Sequence record: DRR378314_123
Reading direction: 5' to 3' (one strand)
Length of the DNA stretch: 64,000 nucleotides
Shown in pieces: positions 1 through 7,884 of the stretch; position 1 is the first letter of the stretch, and every line of letters starts with the position of its first letter. The notes under the pieces were generated by a model that was not told the DNA's origin, made no database searches, and saw nothing but the letters and a program-made list of their open reading frames with translations. Made by a program: the position numbers and the translations under genes.

Positions 1-46
1 GTCGAGCGTACAGGGACGTATTCACCGCGTATCCCTGACCGCCCTC
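1..46. repeat. Partial intergenic REP-like repeat, truncated by the window edge
   Basis: GTCGAGCGTACAGGGACGTATTCACCGCGTATCCCTGACCGCCC resembles, from memory, the right half of dispersed palindromic intergenic repeats of Marinobacter-type genomes. The partner arm would lie outside the window. Confidence 0.4.
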
Positions 47-90
47 AACACGTGCCGGAACTCCATAGGCCTGCAGCGGGACGGCCTCAG

Positions 91-1275
91 ATGACCCCGG
101 CGAGCTACGACGTCATCATCATAGGCGCCGGTGCCGCAGGCCTGATGTGCGCTCTGACCGCAGGCTACCGTGGCCGCAGCGTGCTGGTGATCGACCACGC
201 CAACAAACCCGGCAAGAAGATCCTCATGTCCGGCGGTGGCCGCTGCAACTTCACCAACCTCAACAGCACACCGGCAAACTTCCTCTCGGACAATCCCCAC
301 TACTGTATCTCCGCACTCAAACGCTACACCCCGCAGCACTTCCTGGACCTGGTGGAGCGTCACGGCATAGAGCACGAAGAAAAGGCTGCCGGCCAGCTTT
401 TCTGCAAGGACAGCAGCAAGGAGATCCTCAACCTGCTGCTCACCGAGTGCGAATGGGCCGGCGCGGAAGTGCGGCTGAAAACCAGCGTGAAAACGATCAC
501 CAGTACCAGCGACGGCTACCAGCTACAGACCAACAGCGGCACCCTCACCTGCGAATCCCTGGTCGTCGCCTGCGGCGGACTGTCCATCCCCACCATGGGC
601 GCCACCGGCTTTGGCTACGACATTGCGAAACAGTTCGGGCTTTCTGTGCTCCCGACACGCGCGGGACTGGTGCCTTTCACTCTGCATCCGGAACTGAAAG
701 AACAGTTGGCCCCCCTGTCCGGTGTCAGTTGCCCAGTGGACGTGCATTGCAACACCGAACATTTCCGCGAGCCCATGCTGGTCACGCACCGTGGCCTGAG
801 TGGCCCGGCGATGCTGCAGATCTCCAGCTTCTGGCAACCCGGCGACAGCCTGAGCGTCAACATGATGCCCGCCAACAACGTAGAGCAGGATCTCCACCAA
901 CAGCGGACATCACGCCCACAGTCCACGGTAGCCCAGTACCTTGCGCAACACCTGCCCAAACGCTTTGCGCAGGCCCTGAACGACCTTCACGGCTGGGCCG
1001 GACCACTTCAGGGCTACAAGAACAGCGACATAGAGCAGGTGGCCCGCGCCCTGGACCAATGGACCATCAAGCCGGCTGGCACCGAAGGCTATCGAACAGC
1101 GGAAGTGACCCTGGGCGGCGTGGACACCAGGCAGCTATCCTCCAAAACCATGGCGGTTCTGGATCGCCCCAATCTGTACTTTATTGGCGAGGTGGTGGAC
1201 GTAACAGGGCATCTAGGCGGGCATAACTTCCAGTGGGCCTGGGCGTCCGGCGTGGCAGCAGGGAGTGATGCCTGA
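91..1275 (+). CDS. HI0933/YhiN (BaiN)-family NAD(P)/FAD-dependent flavoprotein
   Basis: GAGAAG FAD motif, GKKILMSGGGRCNFTN, VTLGGV and GEVVDVTGHLGGHNFQWAWASG. ATG 91 preferred over GTG 52. Confidence 0.93.
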   Translation: MTPASYDVIIIGAGAAGLMCALTAGYRGRSVLVIDHANKPGKKILMSGGGRCNFTNLNSTPANFLSDNPHYCISALKRYTPQHFLDLVERHGIEHEEKAAGQLFCKDSSKEILNLLLTECEWAGAEVRLKTSVKTITSTSDGYQLQTNSGTLTCESLVVACGGLSIPTMGATGFGYDIAKQFGLSVLPTRAGLVPFTLHPELKEQLAPLSGVSCPVDVHCNTEHFREPMLVTHRGLSGPAMLQISSFWQPGDSLSVNMMPANNVEQDLHQQRTSRPQSTVAQYLAQHLPKRFAQALNDLHGWAGPLQGYKNSDIEQVARALDQWTIKPAGTEGYRTAEVTLGGVDTRQLSSKTMAVLDRPNLYFIGEVVDVTGHLGGHNFQWAWASGVAAGSDA

Positions 1276-1305
1276 CATACCGGAAATTGAAGCGCGAAAC
1301 CCAGA

Positions 1306-2877
1306 CTAAAGATACTTCTCGATAGGCAACCAAGACAAAAACCCGGACTTGGCCCGGCGCCACCAATGGACGGTCGGCTCGCTGGTAAACACCGCCTCAT
1401 TGCTACGCCACTGGACATCTCCGTCCTCGTCCAGGGCCACCTCCCAACTATTGCTGGGCTCCATGACCCGTCGTATATCCTCCGCCACACGCTCTGCCAG
1501 CTCGGTGCTGTGGATAATCAGCACGGTTTCGCCATTGAGGTAAATAGAGCGAAGGTTAACGTTGAAGGACCCCACCACCAGGGTGCTGCGATCAAAAACC
1601 ACGGACTTGGAGTGCAGGCTAACCTCCCCCGCGGCGCAGAACCCGTCTTCACTCAGCCATTGCCGGCAGGCCTCGGCATCGGGCTTGAGTTCGTAGATGT
1701 CTATGCCCTGCTCCAGCATGTAGGGGCGCCAGCGGGCATAACCCGCATGGTTGGTGACCAGGTCGTTTGAGGCCAGTGAGTTAGTGAGCGCCGCAACCTC
1801 CAGCTGCGGGCGCTCGCTGGCACCCAGGGCCCGCAACTGTTCCTTGGCAAGAATCAGGTAGGCGGACTCGATCAGGATTTCCCGGGTGGCTGTCTGTGCC
1901 AGACGCTGCAACGCCAGTGCGCTTCGTTTGGGCGTCTCGGACGGCGCATCCATGTTTTCGGGAGGCGGGTCAAACACCAGTTCTCCCTGAGCCATCGTCA
2001 TCCGGTCAAACACCTGGACCAATTCAGACCTGCCCTGCTCTGCCCCGGTGGGCGCTGACACGGGAAGCCTGGGTTGTGCGATGGCCTGCTGCCGAAGCCC
2101 ATCCAGCATTTCGGCCAACTCCGCGTCAGTCGTCGTGGATGTGTATAGATCGGAAGCGGGGTAAGCCCAGGGGCTGCTCCAATAGGCCTGAAAATTATCC
2201 GTCATGCCCTCAACAACCGGACCCAGGGCAAGAACATCGCGGTCCCGGAAATAGCGGGTGTTATCGAAGCCGAAGTATTCATCACCGATGTTCCGGCCAC
2301 CGACAATGCCAGCAACCCCGTCCGCCACGAATGTCTTGTTGTGCATGCGGCGGTTTATGCGCTGGAAATCCATCAGGAACGATACCCATCGGCCCCAGCC
2401 GCTGCGATTTCTGGCGGGGTTGAAGATGCGAATATGAATATTCGGATGGGTATCCAAGGCCGCAAATAACTCGCCGATTCCCTCGGCATTAAAGTCGTCC
2501 AGAAGCAGCCGAACCTGAACACCACGGTCCGCCGCCAACAGAAGTCGGCCAGCCAGATGCAGCCCGGAATCATCTCGGTTCCAGATGTAGTACTGGGCAT
2601 CAAGACTGTGTTCAGCCGCCTCAATCAGCGCAGCTCGGTATAGAAAGGCTTCCTCGCCGGCGTCCAGCAGATAGTACCCAGACTGACTGTCCGCATCGGG
2701 CAGTCTTTGCTGGGACTGTTGGAAAAGAAAGCTGTCGTCATTCTGCACGGCTGTTTCAACTCCGGAATGAGTGGCCGGCGGCAAACCGCCGGCACAGCCT
2801 GTCAACAACGTCAGCAGCACCAATAGCCAGCCATGTGTTGACCTGGCCCGAGCAACAGGACCCCGCGGGTATGGCAT
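1306..2877 (-). CDS. Phospholipase D family lipoprotein (ClsC/YmdC-like cardiolipin synthase)
   Basis: Two HKD motifs (RMHNKTFVAD, SLHSKSVVFD), GGRNIGDEYF and lipobox LLTGC. Confidence 0.88.
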   Translation of the reverse strand: MPYPRGPVARARSTHGWLLVLLTLLTGCAGGLPPATHSGVETAVQNDDSFLFQQSQQRLPDADSQSGYYLLDAGEEAFLYRAALIEAAEHSLDAQYYIWNRDDSGLHLAGRLLLAADRGVQVRLLLDDFNAEGIGELFAALDTHPNIHIRIFNPARNRSGWGRWVSFLMDFQRINRRMHNKTFVADGVAGIVGGRNIGDEYFGFDNTRYFRDRDVLALGPVVEGMTDNFQAYWSSPWAYPASDLYTSTTTDAELAEMLDGLRQQAIAQPRLPVSAPTGAEQGRSELVQVFDRMTMAQGELVFDPPPENMDAPSETPKRSALALQRLAQTATREILIESAYLILAKEQLRALGASERPQLEVAALTNSLASNDLVTNHAGYARWRPYMLEQGIDIYELKPDAEACRQWLSEDGFCAAGEVSLHSKSVVFDRSTLVVGSFNVNLRSIYLNGETVLIIHSTELAERVAEDIRRVMEPSNSWEVALDEDGDVQWRSNEAVFTSEPTVHWWRRAKSGFLSWLPIEKYL

Positions 2878-3803
2878 CAGCGCAGGATCACCAGCGGCTT
2901 CTGGGCGGTCTTGAGCATCGTGGTTGTGGTGCTTCCCACCAGGAACTGGCGAATTCGTGAATGACCGTAGGCACCCATCACCAGGATGTCGATGTCGTGT
3001 TCTTCCTGATACGCATGCAGGGCGGGCTCCACATCGCCGGCGCGAATGGCCAAGGTGATTTCAGCGCCAATGTCCGCAAGCATTTTCTCGGCCTTCTTAA
3101 GCTGTTCCCAACGGTCGTTGGTGTCCGCCCCGACCATGACCAGATGGATTGGCATGCCTTTCAGCACCGGACTACCGGCCAGCAATTCCACACCCTTAAA
3201 CGCCGTGGCACTGCCGTCAAAAGCAAGCATCGCGCTCTTTGGCTGCTCGTACTCGTCCGGAACCAGAAGAATCGGGCGATGAACACTGCGAATCACCGTT
3301 TCAAGCTGGCTGCCCACATGTATGTCACGGTCTGAGCTGCTCTCGCCGTGCAACCCCATTACCAACAGTCTGGTCTGGTTTTCCAAAGCCAGCAGGGATT
3401 CCGTGAGGTCCCCATGGCGCTGGCGCTTGATCACATCCGCTGTCCCGAGAGCTTTCACGCGGTTTTCCGCTTCGTCGAGCATGTGGTGGCCATGCTCCAA
3501 GGCCAGCTTGGAGCGTTTGCGATCCAGTTCGGCCAGTTCGTCCATCAACTGTTCACGGCTCCCCAGGCCGATGTTACCAGCCAGGTCCGGCTCCGTGGGA
3601 TAACGTTCCTCGTCGAGAACGTGCAGCAGCGTTACGGGGGTTTCCATGTGTTTGCTGGCCCAGGCGGCATAATCACATACCGCCGGCGCTGCCCGGGAGC
3701 CATCAATGCAGGCCACTACTCGTAGCATTTCAACCTCGCCTTGGTGATCCTTGTGATTGTTATTCTGACCGGTTACGTCGATGAATTCCTTGGCTTGTGT
3801 CAT
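2877..3803 (-). CDS. Universal stress protein (tandem USP domains)
   Basis: VVACIDGS...LLHV and LVMGAYGHSRIRQFLVGSTT. Lies directly after sulP. Alternative start at 3728. Confidence 0.92.
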   Translation of the reverse strand: MTQAKEFIDVTGQNNNHKDHQGEVEMLRVVACIDGSRAAPAVCDYAAWASKHMETPVTLLHVLDEERYPTEPDLAGNIGLGSREQLMDELAELDRKRSKLALEHGHHMLDEAENRVKALGTADVIKRQRHGDLTESLLALENQTRLLVMGLHGESSSDRDIHVGSQLETVIRSVHRPILLVPDEYEQPKSAMLAFDGSATAFKGVELLAGSPVLKGMPIHLVMVGADTNDRWEQLKKAEKMLADIGAEITLAIRAGDVEPALHAYQEEHDIDILVMGAYGHSRIRQFLVGSTTTTMLKTAQKPLVILR

Positions 3804-3804
3804 A

Positions 3805-5292
3805 TCAGTGCCCCATCAACTGGCCAACCGCTTCAGGTTTGTCGTGCACCCCAAAGCGGTCGACAATGGTGGCGCTGGCTTCATTCAACCCGATGATGTC
3901 CACTTCGGCACCCTCGCGGCGGAACTTGATCACCGCCTTATCCAGAGCGCCCACTGCTGTGATGTCCCAGAAATGCGCACGGGTCAGATCAATCACCACA
4001 TTATCCACTGCTTCCTTGAAATCAAAGGATTCCGTGAATTTTTCCGAGGAACTGAAGAATACCTGGCCGACAACATTGTAGGTACGGGTGTCGGTTGCCT
4101 CATCAAATTCGGACGTCACCAGCATGTAGTGGCCCACCTTGTTGGCAAAGAACAGCGCCGCCAGAAGAACGCCCGCCAGCACGCCGAAGGCCAGGTTGTG
4201 TGTGGCAACAACAACGATAACGGTCACGACCATCACAATGTTGGTCGACAATGGGTGCTCTTTCAGGTTTTTGATCGACGCCCAACTGAAGGTGCCGATG
4301 GACACCATGATCATTACAGCTACAAGCGCAGCCATCGGAATCTGAACCAGCCACTGGTCCAGAACCAGCACGAGCACCAGCAGGAAAACACCCGCCGTCA
4401 AGGTAGAAAGCCGTGTTCGGCCGCCCGACTTGATGTTGATGATGGACTGGCCAATCATCGCACAGCCAGCCATACCGCCCAGAAGGCCGGAACCGATATT
4501 GGCAACGCCCTGCCCTTTGCATTCCCGATTGCGATCACTGGTGGTGTCCGTCAGGTCGTCCACAATGGTGGCGGTCATCATGGATTCCAGCAGGCCAACA
4601 ATAGCCAGGCCAGTGGAGTACGGCAGGATGATCATGAGGGTTTCGAGGTTCAGCGGCACGTCCGGCCACAGGAAAATGGGAAGTGTATCCGGCAGTTGCC
4701 CCATATCACCGACCGTGCGGATATCGATGTTGTAGATCATGGCAATGGCCGTCAACGAAACGATGCAGATCAGCGGCGACGGCAGTATACGGCCAACCAC
4801 CGGCACCAGTGGGAACAGGTAAATGATACCCAGACCGGCGGCGGTCATGGCATACACATGCCAGGTCACGTTGGTCAGCTCCGGCAACTGGGCCATGAAA
4901 ATCAGGATGGCCAGCGCGTTTACAAACCCCGTCACCACGGAACGGGATACAAACCGCATCAGGCCTCCAAGTTTGAGGTAGCCGGCACCGATCTGCAGCA
5001 GGCCGGTCAGCAACGTCGCCGCCAACAAGTACTCCAGGCCATGCTCTTTAACCAAGGTCACCATCAGCAACGCCATGGCCCCCGTAGCGGCGGAGATCAT
5101 GCCAGGGCGGCCGCCCACAAAGGCAATCACCACGGCAATGCAGAATGAGGCGTACAGCCCCACTTTCGGGTCTACACCGGCGATAATGGAAAAGGCGATG
5201 GCTTCGGGAATCAGCGCCAGAGCCACCACAATGCCGGCAAGCAAATCGCCGCGTATATTGGAAAGCCAGTCGGCTTTGAGCTTGTTAACCAT
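3805..5292 (-). CDS. SulP family inorganic anion transporter with STAS domain
   Basis: [45 protein letters not shown] and a C-terminal STAS domain (HFWDITAV). Confidence 0.95.
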   Translation of the reverse strand: MVNKLKADWLSNIRGDLLAGIVVALALIPEAIAFSIIAGVDPKVGLYASFCIAVVIAFVGGRPGMISAATGAMALLMVTLVKEHGLEYLLAATLLTGLLQIGAGYLKLGGLMRFVSRSVVTGFVNALAILIFMAQLPELTNVTWHVYAMTAAGLGIIYLFPLVPVVGRILPSPLICIVSLTAIAMIYNIDIRTVGDMGQLPDTLPIFLWPDVPLNLETLMIILPYSTGLAIVGLLESMMTATIVDDLTDTTSDRNRECKGQGVANIGSGLLGGMAGCAMIGQSIINIKSGGRTRLSTLTAGVFLLVLVLVLDQWLVQIPMAALVAVMIMVSIGTFSWASIKNLKEHPLSTNIVMVVTVIVVVATHNLAFGVLAGVLLAALFFANKVGHYMLVTSEFDEATDTRTYNVVGQVFFSSSEKFTESFDFKEAVDNVVIDLTRAHFWDITAVGALDKAVIKFRREGAEVDIIGLNEASATIVDRFGVHDKPEAVGQLMGH

Positions 5293-5362
5293 ATCTTTGG
5301 TATCCAGTCAGAGAGGGCAAATTCGAGACGTAAAAACCTGTTGTAATCACCGCGGGTGACTA

Positions 5363-5390
5363 CGTGGCACGTGAATCGTGGCACGTGAAT
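5363..5390. repeat. Exact 14-bp tandem duplication (CGTGGCACGTGAAT x2) in the sulP leader
   Basis: Read directly at 5363-5376 and 5377-5390. Each copy contains the palindrome CACGTG. Confidence 0.9.
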
Positions 5391-5418
5391 CAGGGAATGA
5401 ACCTGGGGGCGCAGAACG

Positions 5419-5460
5419 CTAGGGCGGAGTCATCGTCGAAGATGTCGTGGGGACGTTCAT
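5419..5460 (-). CDS. Putative sulP leader peptide MNVPTTSSTMTPP*
   Basis: 13-codon Thr/Ser-rich ORF ending Pro-Pro-TAG about 126 nt upstream of sulP. It is ATGA-coupled to a mini-ORF MNVSQ* (5474-5457). Confidence 0.45.
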   Translation of the reverse strand: MNVPTTSSTMTPP

Positions 5461-5530
5461 TGAGATACGTTCATAGGCTGCGAATTAAAGGCCGCGAAGC
5501 ATACCAGAACGGTGTTGGAAAAGTAACCGG

Positions 5531-5553
5531 CAGGGCCCGTAGACCGGGCCCTG
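5531..5553 (-). terminator. Hairpin after argO (putative terminator)
   Basis: CAGGGCCCG-N5-CGGGCCCTG immediately downstream of the argO stop. Confidence 0.55.
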
Positions 5554-5554
5554 T

Positions 5555-6175
5555 TTACGCCACCGGCCCCGACAGGCCATTGCTGGCGAGATGAAAGGCA
5601 ATGACCGCCATCATGGAACCAATGGCGCCATCAATGAACCGCCAGGACAGCGGGCTCGACAGCCAGGGGGAAAGCGCCGCCCCACCGAACGCCAGCAGGC
5701 AGAACCACATGACCGAGGCACTACTGGCGCCCGCCACGAACACCAGCGGGCTGGCCTGTTGTGCGCCGATGGCAGGGATCAGCAACAGGGTATCGAGATA
5801 CACCTGGGGATTCAGCAGCGTTACCGCCAGGGTGGTCAACACCACGGTCCGCAGGCTGGACACATCGGCTTTCCTGGCATCCAGGGCATCACGCCCTTTC
5901 GCTGCGCGGGCAAAGGCCAACAGCGCCAGCCAGCTGAGGAAAGCCACCCCCAACCAGCGCATGACGTCCAGAGCTTCTGGCACGGCCATCAACGCGGCGT
6001 TCACGCCGAACATACCCGCCGTGAACAGCAGGATATCCGCCGTCATGCAGATACCCGCGCAATACCAGTGATGTTCCCGACGGATCGCCTGCCCCAGGAT
6101 ATAGGCGTTCTGAGCGCCGATCGCAATGATGATACCGCCACAAACCAGCAGCCCTGTCAGATAACTTGTCAGCAT
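5555..6175 (-). CDS. argO: LysE/ArgO family arginine/lysine exporter
   Basis: IIAIGAQNAYIL and VTLLNPQVYLDT motifs. Divergent from an ArgP-type LysR. Confidence 0.9.
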   Translation of the reverse strand: MLTSYLTGLLVCGGIIIAIGAQNAYILGQAIRREHHWYCAGICMTADILLFTAGMFGVNAALMAVPEALDVMRWLGVAFLSWLALLAFARAAKGRDALDARKADVSSLRTVVLTTLAVTLLNPQVYLDTLLLIPAIGAQQASPLVFVAGASSASVMWFCLLAFGGAALSPWLSSPLSWRFIDGAIGSMMAVIAFHLASNGLSGPVA

Positions 6176-6258
6176 GTTTCCCTCCGAATTTGCTGGAAGC
6201 TTAAGGGGTAAAGGCTATACTTAAAAATCATAAACCTTATATCCCATGAAATTTCCTT

Positions 6259-7158
6259 ATGCTGGACTACAAGCTTCTACAGGCGCTTGCCGCGGTGATC
6301 GAGAACGGCGGATTTGAGCGCGCCGGGGAGATACTCGGGCTAACCCAGTCCGCCGTATCGCAACGTATCAAGTCACTGGAAGTACGCCTGGGACAGCCGG
6401 TTTTGGTTCGGCACCCGGAACTGCAGGCAACGCCGGCCGGCAACAAACTGCTGAACCACTTTCAGCAGGTCCAGTTGCTGGAAAGAGACTTACGCAAGAC
6501 CATCCCCGCCCTGGCCGAAGACACCACGCGTCTGCGTATCGCCATCAACGCAGACAGCCTGGCCACCTGGTGGGCTTCGGTGGTCGGGGAGTTCTGCAGC
6601 CGGGAGGGATTACTGCTGGATTTGGTCATTGAGGACCAGGATGTCGGCCTGAAGCGAATGCGCGATGGCGATGTGGCCGCCTGTCTGTGCAGCAGCAGCC
6701 AGCCCATTGCCGGAGGCCGCTGCGTGGCACTGGGCCAAATGACCTACATGCCGCTGGCAACCCCAGCGTACGTCCGTCGTTTCTTCCCGAATGGCATTAC
6801 GCCGGAAGCTTTCGCAAACGCCCCGGCCATCGTCTTCGGCCCCAATGACCAACTGCAGCAACGATTCATGGCGGGTTGCGGTTACCACAACCGATTCCCC
6901 TACCACCTATGTCCTTCTTCGGAGGGTTTCGTCCAGCTTGCCAGGGCCGGCATGGGCTACGGCATGATTCCGCAGATTCAGGCCAGTTACTGGCTGGATA
7001 ACGGAGACCTGGTCAACCTGGCGCCAGGGCATGAACTGGAAGTCCCTCTCTATTGGCATTTCTGGCGACACAGCGGAGAACTGCTACAGCGCCTGACAAC
7101 CACGCTTGAGGGTGTCATCACCAACCATTACCGCGCGCGGCGAAACGTGAGGTTGTAA
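6259..7158 (+). CDS. argP: LysR regulator ArgP (IciA)
   Basis: LDYKLL..GGFERA..TQSAVSQRIK HTH, IAINADSLATW and LYWHFW. Confidence 0.92.
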   Translation: MLDYKLLQALAAVIENGGFERAGEILGLTQSAVSQRIKSLEVRLGQPVLVRHPELQATPAGNKLLNHFQQVQLLERDLRKTIPALAEDTTRLRIAINADSLATWWASVVGEFCSREGLLLDLVIEDQDVGLKRMRDGDVAACLCSSSQPIAGGRCVALGQMTYMPLATPAYVRRFFPNGITPEAFANAPAIVFGPNDQLQQRFMAGCGYHNRFPYHLCPSSEGFVQLARAGMGYGMIPQIQASYWLDNGDLVNLAPGHELEVPLYWHFWRHSGELLQRLTTTLEGVITNHYRARRNVRL

Positions 7159-7778
7159 CGGCTTTCACCCGTCAAGGAATGTTGTGCCTGCTTGAGCGTC
7201 AACACACCGTGGTAGCGGAGCCTCGCCGGGCCTCCCCAGACCACCACATCACCGTTTTCGAGGGGGACACGCTGCGGCCGGTCATTGCGCCGGGCGCCTC
7301 CGAACTGGAACGTGACCGGCGTGCCCAGGGACACAGAAACGATCGGCTGATCGAAATCGTCCTCGTCTTTGTCCTGATGGAGCCCCATTTTGGCACCCGG
7401 GGCGTAGCGGTTCACCAGGCAGGCGTCTGGATTGAACCCCGAATAACCCGCCGCGCTTGCCGCCTTAACCGCCAGGGATCGAAACACTGCCGGCATCAAC
7501 GGCCAAAGATCTCCGGAAAGCGGGTCGGTTCGCTGATACCGATAGCCCCGGGCATCCGTCACCCATCCCCACTCTCCACAACACGTCATAGCCACCGACA
7601 TGGTGTAACCACCGGGTGTTTGCATTTGCCGAAACGGAGCCTGCGCCGCCAGGCCAGCAATCGCCTCCAGTAGCTCGGTTGTCTCGGCACTGGCGAAGCG
7701 GCGGAGAACAACCGCTCCGTCGCAGAGCGGCTCGACCCAAGGCTCGGCTGACGATGATTCGAACAAATCCATGGTCAT
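7128..7778 (-). CDS. alkB: DNA oxidative demethylase AlkB
   Basis: TPGGYTMSVAMTCCG, PDACLVNRY, LHQDKDE, YHGV and RYNLTFR. Confidence 0.96.
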   Translation of the reverse strand: MTMDLFESSSAEPWVEPLCDGAVVLRRFASAETTELLEAIAGLAAQAPFRQMQTPGGYTMSVAMTCCGEWGWVTDARGYRYQRTDPLSGDLWPLMPAVFRSLAVKAASAAGYSGFNPDACLVNRYAPGAKMGLHQDKDEDDFDQPIVSVSLGTPVTFQFGGARRNDRPQRVPLENGDVVVWGGPARLRYHGVLTLKQAQHSLTGESRYNLTFRRAR

Positions 7779-7884
7779 TATTCGTTCACCCTATGATCAG
7801 GAAAATCGGGAGTTTAACGTCTACCCTTAGGTCAGTGCAGTCCCCTGCGCTGTGATACCCAGCCTCTCTGTTTAAGGATGAACC

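Noticed and set aside
147..1226. 359-aa alternative-frame ORF
   Set aside because: Same-strand frame overlap of the HI0933 gene with low-complexity Arg/Pro/Gln composition.
3781..5148. 455-aa plus-strand ORF
   Set aside because: Antisense shadow of sulP.
5363..5390. Possible CRISPR-like repeat
   Set aside because: Only two adjacent 14-bp copies, with no spacers and no cas genes.
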